A program made the position numbers and the translations under genes. Shown here one piece after another: positions 57,061 to 64,000 of a DNA stretch of 64,000 bases. The notes under the pieces are model-generated. The model searched no databases. It saw only the letters and a program-made list of their open reading frames with translations, and had not been told where the DNA came from. How positions within the stretch are numbered: position 1 is the first letter of the stretch; every line of letters begins with the position of its first letter. The DNA is taken from positions 192,001 through 256,000 of the forward strand of contig JBBCJC010000003.1 in assembly GCA_037189525.1 (NCBI GenBank), read 5' to 3'. The stretch is from Gemmatimonadales bacterium (GTDB taxonomy: Bacteria; Gemmatimonadota; Gemmatimonadetes; Gemmatimonadales; GWC2-71-9).

Positions 57061-59468
57061 TACGACTCGCGGCGCTGGTAGCCGTGCTGTGCGCGTTCGG
57101 AGTGGCGGGCGGGGCAGGGCAGGAGGTCACGGGGGCATCGACGGGCGGGGCCGCCGCGCTGGCACAGGCGGAGCGCATGCTGGGGCACACCAAACGGGTG
57201 CTGATGATTGCTGCGCATCCGGATGACGAAGACACCGAGCTGCTCACCTACCTGGTGCGACGGGAGGGCGCGGTCACGGGTTACCTGTCGCTGACCCGCG
57301 GCGAAGGGGGACAGAATCTCATCGGTTCGGAACTGGGGGAGGCCCTCGGCCTGATCCGGACCGAGGAACTGCTGGCGGCGCGCCGGCTCGACGGGGCGCA
57401 GCAATTCTTTACCCGGGCATTCGATTACGGCTTTTCCAAATCGATCGACGAAGCCCTGCGCTTCTGGCCGGCCGATTCGCTCCTCAAAGACGCCGTCCGC
57501 ATCATCCGCCGCTTCCGGCCGCAACTCCTCGTCTCGGTTTTTTCCGGCACCCCGCGAGATGGTCACGGGCATCACCAGGCGGCGGGGTGGGTCGCGGCGG
57601 AGGCGTTTCGCGTGGCCGGCGATCCGGCCCGCTTTCCGGAGCTGGCGCGCGACGAGGGCCTGGCGCCCTGGCAGCCGCTCAAACTGTATCGCGCGGCCTG
57701 GTTCGATACCACCGGGACGAGTCTGGTGCTCGAGGGAGGCCGGCTCGATCCGGACATCGGACAATCCTATCGTCAGATCGCGATGCGGAGCCGGAGCCTG
57801 CATCGGTCGCAGGACATGGGTGTCTTGCAGCCGCTCGGTCCGAGCCCGATTCGCCTGGCGCTCCTGGCCGATCGAACCGGAGCCGGAGCCGCGCTCTTTG
57901 CCGGGGTCGACACCACGGCGCCCAAGCCGGGATCGCCCGAGGCGCGTGACCTCGATCGGTTCGCGGCCGAAGCGGCCGCCGGACGCGCGGGCGTGGTGGT
58001 CGACGCCACGACCGACCGGGCGAGTCTGGTAGCCGGGCAGAGCTTCCCGGTCACGCTCTCGGTCTGGAATACCGGGTCCGCGCCCGTTTCCGGACGACTG
58101 GTCCTCGCGCTGCCGGAGGGATGGACCGGCGAGGCGCCCTGCCTGGCAACCGAGCAGCAGGTTGCGCCGGGGCAGCTGGCGCAGTGCACCGTCGAGGTCA
58201 CGATCTCCGATCAGGCTCAGCCCACCGCTCCCTACTTCCTGCGGCGTCCGCGGGGGCCGGGACTCTATGTCTGGGATGGGCCTTCCGGACAATGGGGCGC
58301 CCCGTTCGACGCCCCCCTGGTAACCGGCCGGTTCGACCTCCGGTGGTCCGGACGGGGAGTCGGGCTCGCCCGGGAGGTCACGACGCGGGTGCGCAACCGA
58401 ACGCTCGGCGAGCTGCGGATGCCGCTGGCCGTGGTGCCGCGCGTGGATCTCCGGGTGGCGCCGCAGGTCAAAGTCTGGCCGTTGCCCGGCGGGACACCGC
58501 AGCAAATCGTCGTGACGCTCCGCCATGGCGGGCGCGACTCGACCGTGGGTGAGGTCGGCCTGGACGTACCGCCGGGCTGGACCACCGACCGGCCGGTTCG
58601 TTTCCGGCTGACGCGCCCCGATCAGCGGGAAACGGTCACCTTCTCGGTTGCTGCACCGCGCGACCAGGGGCGCGCTGACGTGGCTATCGTGGCATGGGCT
58701 ACGGACCAGGCGGGCCGGCGCTATCAGGCGGGGCGGGTCCAGGTGGCCTATCCCCACATTCATGAGCGCAGCTATCTGATCCCGAGCACCGTCCTGGTCC
58801 GAGCCGCCTCGGTCGAGCTCCCGACAGTGGCTCGGCGCATCGGGTACGTGCGCGGTGCGGCCGACCAGGTGCCGGAAGCGCTTGCTGCGGTAGGACTCGA
58901 CGTCGAACTGCTCGACGCCGTAGCGCTCGAGCGAGGCGACCTGAGCCGTTTCCAGACCATCGTTATCGGCAGCCGAGCCTACGAGATCATGCCGGCGCTG
59001 GTCGAGTCGAACGGCCGGCTGCTCGAATACGTTCGGCGCGGCGGACAGCTGCTGGTGCAGTATCAGCAGCAGGCCTACTTCGGGGGGCAACTGGCGCCCT
59101 TTCCGCTCACGGTTGCTCGGCAGCATGACCGCGTCACCGACGAGACGGCGCCGGTGCGGTTGCTCCAACCCGACGACCCGATCTTTGCCTCGCCCAATCG
59201 GATCGAGGCGGCCGACTGGGACGGGTGGGTCCAGGAGCGTGGCCTCTATTTCCCGCACACCTGGTCCGATGCCTGGCAACCGTTGCTCGAAATGAACGAT
59301 CAGGGCGGGCCACCGCTTCGGGGCGCTTTGCTCCGCGCCCGCTACGGCGAAGGGACCTATTGGTACACCGGTCTGGCGTTCTTCCGGCAGCTCGCGGCCG
59401 GTGTGCCGGGGGCGCTGCGCCTCTTCCTCAATCTGATGGAGACGGGCCGTGCGCCGACGCATCCGTAG
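57057..59468 (+). CDS. Exported PIG-L/LmbE-family deacetylase with NEW3-like and C-terminal GATase-like domains
   Basis: Signal peptide; AHPDDE, TRGEGGQN, DYGFSK and HGHH motifs; LPEGW-type NEW3 repeats; GGQLLVQY. Confidence 0.87.
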   Translation: MIRLAALVAVLCAFGVAGGAGQEVTGASTGGAAALAQAERMLGHTKRVLMIAAHPDDEDTELLTYLVRREGAVTGYLSLTRGEGGQNLIGSELGEALGLIRTEELLAARRLDGAQQFFTRAFDYGFSKSIDEALRFWPADSLLKDAVRIIRRFRPQLLVSVFSGTPRDGHGHHQAAGWVAAEAFRVAGDPARFPELARDEGLAPWQPLKLYRAAWFDTTGTSLVLEGGRLDPDIGQSYRQIAMRSRSLHRSQDMGVLQPLGPSPIRLALLADRTGAGAALFAGVDTTAPKPGSPEARDLDRFAAEAAAGRAGVVVDATTDRASLVAGQSFPVTLSVWNTGSAPVSGRLVLALPEGWTGEAPCLATEQQVAPGQLAQCTVEVTISDQAQPTAPYFLRRPRGPGLYVWDGPSGQWGAPFDAPLVTGRFDLRWSGRGVGLAREVTTRVRNRTLGELRMPLAVVPRVDLRVAPQVKVWPLPGGTPQQIVVTLRHGGRDSTVGEVGLDVPPGWTTDRPVRFRLTRPDQRETVTFSVAAPRDQGRADVAIVAWATDQAGRRYQAGRVQVAYPHIHERSYLIPSTVLVRAASVELPTVARRIGYVRGAADQVPEALAAVGLDVELLDAVALERGDLSRFQTIVIGSRAYEIMPALVESNGRLLEYVRRGGQLLVQYQQQAYFGGQLAPFPLTVARQHDRVTDETAPVRLLQPDDPIFASPNRIEAADWDGWVQERGLYFPHTWSDAWQPLLEMNDQGGPPLRGALLRARYGEGTYWYTGLAFFRQLAAGVPGALRLFLNLMETGRAPTHP

Positions 59469-60480
59469 CCTGATGCTTGTCGTGCTGGCCGCGCTGGGAG
59501 TCGGATGCAGCGACGGCCGGATTCCTGTCCTGCTGTATTCTCCGCATGGGCGGGAACAGCTCGATCTGCTGGAGCGGGCCTTCGAAGCGAAACATCCCGA
59601 GATCGACATTCGTTGGCTCGATATGGGGAGTCAGGAAATCCTCGACCGGATCCGGTCGGAGCGAGCCAATCCCCAGGCGGATGTCTGGTTCGGCGGACCG
59701 AGCAGTATCTTCGATCGCGCGGTTGGCGAGCAGCTGCTGTCGCCCTACCGGCCGGCATGGGCCGACGCCGTGGGGCCGAACGGGATCGGCCCCGACGACC
59801 TGTACTGGCCTGCCTATCGCACCCCGGCCGTCATCGCCTTCAATTCGGAAGTGGTCACCCGGGAGCAGGCGCCCAAGGACTGGGACGAGGTCCTTGCACC
59901 CGAGTGGCGGGACAAGGTCCTGATCCGGGACCCGATGGCCAGCGGAACGATGCGGGCCATCTGGGGTCTCATCGTGGTGCGCAGCATCCAGGCGACGGGC
60001 GACACGGCCGCCGGAATGGCCTGGCTCCGGCGGCTGGATGGCCAGACCAAAGCGTACGCGCTCAATCCGGCCATCCTGATGGAGCGGCTGGCTCGGCAGG
60101 AGGGCCTGATTACTCTCTGGGACCTGCCGGATGTCCTGATCGATCGCGCAGCGGGCGTGCCGATCGACTACGTCTTTCCGCGGAGTGGTACCGTCGTGAT
60201 CGACGATCCGATTGCGCTGGTCAAGGGGAGCCGGCAGCCCGAGGCGGCCAAGCGGTTCATCGATTTCGTCGGCTCGGTCGAAGGACAGCTGCTTGCTGCG
60301 CGTGAGGTCTTCCGGCTCCCGTCACGATCGGACCTTCCGGTCGATTCGGTGCCGCCGTGGGTTGCCGATGTCGAGGCGTCGATGGTCACCGCGCCGATGG
60401 ACTGGCCGCTCCTGGTGCGCGACGGCGCCGGCTGGATGCGGTACTGGGACCAGCATATCCGTGGAACGGGAAGCCGATGA
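59449..60480 (+). CDS. ABC transporter substrate-binding lipoprotein (AfuA/FbpA-like family)
   Basis: Lipobox LGVGC; ERANPQADVWFGG, PKDWD and DPMASGT motifs. Confidence 0.85.
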   Translation: MRRRIRSLMLVVLAALGVGCSDGRIPVLLYSPHGREQLDLLERAFEAKHPEIDIRWLDMGSQEILDRIRSERANPQADVWFGGPSSIFDRAVGEQLLSPYRPAWADAVGPNGIGPDDLYWPAYRTPAVIAFNSEVVTREQAPKDWDEVLAPEWRDKVLIRDPMASGTMRAIWGLIVVRSIQATGDTAAGMAWLRRLDGQTKAYALNPAILMERLARQEGLITLWDLPDVLIDRAAGVPIDYVFPRSGTVVIDDPIALVKGSRQPEAAKRFIDFVGSVEGQLLAAREVFRLPSRSDLPVDSVPPWVADVEASMVTAPMDWPLLVRDGAGWMRYWDQHIRGTGSR

Positions 60481-61541
60481 ACCAATCTGACTATCTGATT
60501 CTCGACGGGCTGGGCAAACGGTTCGACGGTGGGGCCGGTGTCCGTGATGTGTCGATCTCGCTCGCGCGGGGCGAGATCCTCGCGCTGTTGGGCCCGAGCG
60601 GATCGGGTAAGACCACCACGTTGCGATTGCTGGCCGGGTTCGAGCAGCCGGACGCCGGAAAGATCGTGGTGGACGGTACGGATGTCACCGCGCTGGCGCC
60701 GGTGGCCCGTCGGTTCGGCATGGTGTTTCAGCACTACGCCCTCTTTCCGCACCTGACGGTCGCGCAGAACGTGGGGTTCGGTCTGGAGGGTCTCAAGCTC
60801 GATGCGGCGGCGCTGGCCGACCGGGTCGAGCGTGTCCTGGGGGCGGTCGACCTGGCCGGATTTGGAGCCCGGTCCATTGCCTCGCTCTCGGGCGGTCAGC
60901 AGCAGCGTGTCGCGGTGGCGCGGGCGCTTGCTCCGGAGCCGCCGGTACTCCTCCTGGATGAGCCGCTGTCCAACCTCGATCCCTCGCTCCGCGAACGGAC
61001 CCGCCGTGAACTGCGCGAGCTGATCCAGCGGATCGGAATCACCACCGTCCTGGTCACGCACGAGCAGGAGGAGGCCTTCGATCTGGCCGACCGGATTGCC
61101 GTGCTCAACGGCGGCCGCCTCGAACAACTCGGCACACCCGAGCAACTCTATCGCGCGCCGGTCACTCCGTTCGTGGCCGGGTTCATCGGCCGAGCCACGC
61201 TGGCGGACGGACATGTCGCCGTCGAGGGCCAACGCGGCCTGCTCACGGTTGCCGGGCAGCGGACGCCGATTCCGGTTTCGCCGTCGATGGCGGGCGCCGT
61301 CCGGATTGCCGTCCGGCCCGAAGCCTTCCGATTAGCAGCGGTTGGTGCGGAGCGCTGGTCCGGCCGGATCGTGGCGCGCCGGTACCTGGGCAACACCGCG
61401 CTGTTCCGGGTCGGGCTGGATGGTTCGGGCCTCGAACTCGAGGTTGAAGGAGGCCCCGACGAGGCCAAGATCGGCGATCAGGTCGGTCTGGAACCCACCG
61501 GTAAGGGGTTGTATCTCTATCCCGGGGCTGCCCAAGGATGA
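60477..61541 (+). CDS. ABC transporter ATP-binding protein (PotA/FbpC-like)
   Basis: GPSGSGKTT, FQHYALFPH, LSGGQQQR and LLDEPLSNLD motifs. Confidence 0.92.
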   Translation: MNQSDYLILDGLGKRFDGGAGVRDVSISLARGEILALLGPSGSGKTTTLRLLAGFEQPDAGKIVVDGTDVTALAPVARRFGMVFQHYALFPHLTVAQNVGFGLEGLKLDAAALADRVERVLGAVDLAGFGARSIASLSGGQQQRVAVARALAPEPPVLLLDEPLSNLDPSLRERTRRELRELIQRIGITTVLVTHEQEEAFDLADRIAVLNGGRLEQLGTPEQLYRAPVTPFVAGFIGRATLADGHVAVEGQRGLLTVAGQRTPIPVSPSMAGAVRIAVRPEAFRLAAVGAERWSGRIVARRYLGNTALFRVGLDGSGLELEVEGGPDEAKIGDQVGLEPTGKGLYLYPGAAQG

Positions 61542-63193
61542 ACCGGTCCGGCCTCGAGACGGTGGGCGTTGGCGTTGCCGTCCTGCTGGCATGGCTCGTC
61601 CTGCTGCCGCTCGCCTTTGTCGCGATCGAGGCGGTCTCCAGTCCGGAGGGCGCCACCTTCGAAGCGGTGTCCCGCTTCCTGGCCAGCCGGATCGAATGGC
61701 GCGTGCTGGCCAATTCGATGCTGCTGTCCGTCGCATCGGTGGTCGGATCGGCGCTGGTGGGCGTACCGCTTGCCGTGCTGGTGACCCGGGTCGCGTTTCC
61801 CGGTCGCCGGTTGGTCGGCACCTTGCTGTCGCTGCCGGCGGTCCTCCCGCCGCTCGTCGGCGTGCTCGCCTTTCTCTTTCTGTACGGCGAAAGCGGTTTC
61901 ATTTCCCATCTGGTGCAGGCGGTGCTTCGCCTCGAGACGCCGCCATGGCGACTCGAAGGAGCCACGGCCGTCCTGCTGGTGCACGTCTCCACGATGTACG
62001 TGTACTTCTACCTTTTCGTCCGGGCTGGGCTGACCGGTATCGATGGCTCGGTCTATGAAGCCGCGGCCTCGCTCGGCGCTGGGCCGTGGCGCACTTTCCG
62101 GCGGGTCACGCTCCCTTTACTTCGTACACACCTGGCCGGAGCCTCGTTACTGGTGCTGATGACGTCGCTGGCCTCGTTCAGCGCGCCGTATCTCTTCGGC
62201 GGCCGGTTTCGTGTCATGACCACCCAGATCATGGCCACCAAGCTGAACGGCGACGATCGCCTGGCCATGGTCGAGACGCTTTCGCTGACTCTACTCGCCC
62301 TGGCCGGACTCTGGCTGGTGCGCCGAGCCGACCGGGCGCCTGCCGGGCGCGGCGGCAGCAAGGGAACGCCGCCTCGGCCCCGGCCGCTCGCCGGCAGGTT
62401 GGGGCGGGTGGCGTTGCCGGTGGCGGCCTGGGGCGCGGCGCTGGTGCTGATCCTTCCGCACCTGGCGCTCCTGCTCGTCTCGTTCGTGCCGCGGGGTACC
62501 TGGACCTCGCAGGCCTTTCCACCGGTGCTCGCGCCCGGCAACTACCTGACCCTGGTGCGGGATCCGGTTCGCCTCGGCCCGATCCTCAACAGCACCTGGA
62601 TGGCGGTGGCGGCGACCGTCGGCGCCGTCGCCCTGGCCCTGCTCATCAGTTGGCTCACCGTGCGGGCTCGCGTCAGGACGGCGCGCTTTCTCGAAACGGT
62701 CATGGCGCTGCCCTGGGCCGTGCCGGGGACCGTCTTTGCCATTGCCCTCGCCACCGCATTCAGCGTCAATGCGCCCTGGGCTGGTCGGTTCCTGCTGGTG
62801 GGGACATCGATCATTCTCCCGCTTGCGTACCTGGTGAGGAATCTGCCCGTCAGCGGTCGGGCGCTGCTGGCGGGATACCGGCAGTTGGATCCCAGCCTCG
62901 ACGAAGTGGCCGCCACGCTCGGCGCCGGCACCTGGCGCACCGCGCGGCGCGTGACCATGCCGCTGCTCAAACCCGCCATCGTAGCCGCCGCGACCTTGGG
63001 GTTCGTCACGGCGTTCGGTGATTTCGTGACCTCGATTCTGCTCTATACCTACGATACCCGACCCATCTCCCTCGAGATCCTGTCCAGCTTGCGGCAGTCG
63101 GATGTCGGTGTGGCCGCGGCCTACGGTGTCCTGCTGATGCTGGTGAGCGCTGCGGTGTTCTACGCCGCGGGAGAAGGGAATCAAACCGGGTGA
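61538..63193 (+). CDS. ABC transporter permease (AfuB/FbpB-like, duplicated domain)
   Basis: Two EAA motifs (YEAAASLGA, LDEVAATLGA); many TM helices. Confidence 0.9.
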   Translation: MNRSGLETVGVGVAVLLAWLVLLPLAFVAIEAVSSPEGATFEAVSRFLASRIEWRVLANSMLLSVASVVGSALVGVPLAVLVTRVAFPGRRLVGTLLSLPAVLPPLVGVLAFLFLYGESGFISHLVQAVLRLETPPWRLEGATAVLLVHVSTMYVYFYLFVRAGLTGIDGSVYEAAASLGAGPWRTFRRVTLPLLRTHLAGASLLVLMTSLASFSAPYLFGGRFRVMTTQIMATKLNGDDRLAMVETLSLTLLALAGLWLVRRADRAPAGRGGSKGTPPRPRPLAGRLGRVALPVAAWGAALVLILPHLALLLVSFVPRGTWTSQAFPPVLAPGNYLTLVRDPVRLGPILNSTWMAVAATVGAVALALLISWLTVRARVRTARFLETVMALPWAVPGTVFAIALATAFSVNAPWAGRFLLVGTSIILPLAYLVRNLPVSGRALLAGYRQLDPSLDEVAATLGAGTWRTARRVTMPLLKPAIVAAATLGFVTAFGDFVTSILLYTYDTRPISLEILSSLRQSDVGVAAAYGVLLMLVSAAVFYAAGEGNQTG

Positions 63194-64000
63194 GCGAGCC
63201 TCCCAACCGATGGCGGATCGGTCCGTTTCGCGATCCCGAATTCAAAAAAATCTCGGTGTTGATTGCGACCGCTATGATCGACATGATCGGGTTCGCCATC
63301 ATCTTTCCGCTCTTACCGTTCTATGCCATCGAACTCGACGCCTCGCCGTTTACCATCGGCTGGATCATGGCGTCCTTTTCGCTGGCCCAGCTGGCGTCGG
63401 CGCCGCTCTGGGGCCGGATCTCGGATCGTCACGGCCGCCGGCCGGCGGTCCTGGCCGGGCTGGCGGCATCGGGTATTGCGTACCTGGTGTTCGGCTACGC
63501 CACCAGTATCTGGGTCCTGCTGCTGTCGCGGCTGGTGCAGGGCGCGGGCGGGGGCACCACGGCAGTATTGCATGCCTACGTCGGCGATGCCATCCGTCCG
63601 GAGCGCCGAGCCCAGGCATTGGGCTGGATCTCCGCAGCGACCGGGCTGGGCGTTTCGGTTGGTCCGCTGATCGGGTCGTGGGCAGTCAAGTTCGGGACCG
63701 AGGTGCCGGGCCTGTTCGCGGCCGGTCTCTGCCTGCTCAATTTCGTGTTCACGTGGAAATGGCTGCCCGAGTCGCGGGTTCCCGATGCCGGCGATGCGAC
63801 CAAACCCCGCCGCTCGATTCGCGCCGCATTCGCCACCGTCGTGCGGCAGCCCCGCGAGACGGTCTCGCGCCTGGTCTGGATCTACGGCGCGGCCATGCTC
63901 GGCTTTTCGGCGATGACCTCGGTCTTTGCACTCTACCTCCACGATCGGTTCGCGATTACCGCCGACAAGATCGGACCGTTCTTCACCTATCTCGGCCTCC
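63190..64000 (+). CDS. MFS transporter, TetA/DHA1-like (truncated by window end)
   Basis: Manual translation from GTG 63190: ...IDMIGFAIIFPLLPFY...WGRISDRHGRRP (MFS motif A). Confidence 0.85.
   Translation, partial: MSEPPNRWRIGPFRDPEFKKISVLIATAMIDMIGFAIIFPLLPFYAIELDASPFTIGWIMASFSLAQLASAPLWGRISDRHGRRPAVLAGLAASGIAYLVFGYATSIWVLLLSRLVQGAGGGTTAVLHAYVGDAIRPERRAQALGWISAATGLGVSVGPLIGSWAVKFGTEVPGLFAAGLCLLNFVFTWKWLPESRVPDAGDATKPRRSIRAAFATVVRQPRETVSRLVWIYGAAMLGFSAMTSVFALYLHDRFAITADKIGPFFTYLGL

Overview
A 64-kb, high-GC (roughly two-thirds by eye), gene-dense stretch of bacterial chromosome. The combination of high-GC SusC/SusD pairs, a sigma-54 motif and probable leaderless genes suggests Gemmatimonadota, but this is inference. 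I found no rRNA, tRNA, CRISPR array, prophage or transposase. In order, the window holds: a partial IscA/HesB gene; a peptidoglycan-salvage trio (AmiE-like hydrolase, NagZ, NamZ), with nagZ and namZ overlapping head-to-head; several small or orphan genes; a copper locus (His/Cys-rich DUF2946-like leader ORF, MbnP, MbnH, CopC); an M14 peptidase; two divergent SusC/SusD pairs flanking an SCP2 gene; fused FTCD and aguBA; an outer-membrane barrel plus an Ig/LVIVD protein; a glycogen operon (glgP, glgA, three GH57 enzymes); ettA; a peroxiredoxin; GH15 plus fused TPS/TPP; thrBC; three-gene pntAB; a sigma-70 factor; acnA; and a seven-gene translationally coupled operon (DUF971, membrane protein, PIG-L deacetylase, ABC transporter, MFS). 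The best candidate for an undescribed system is the copper locus. It looks like a leaderless, CruR/CutF-type copper-sensing leader peptide with a non-canonical arrest tail (PYATAPP) upstream of an MbnP/MbnH/CopC unit, with no methanobactin genes or TonB receptor in the unit. All protein calls come from motif recognition by eye. No database search or RNA folding was run.
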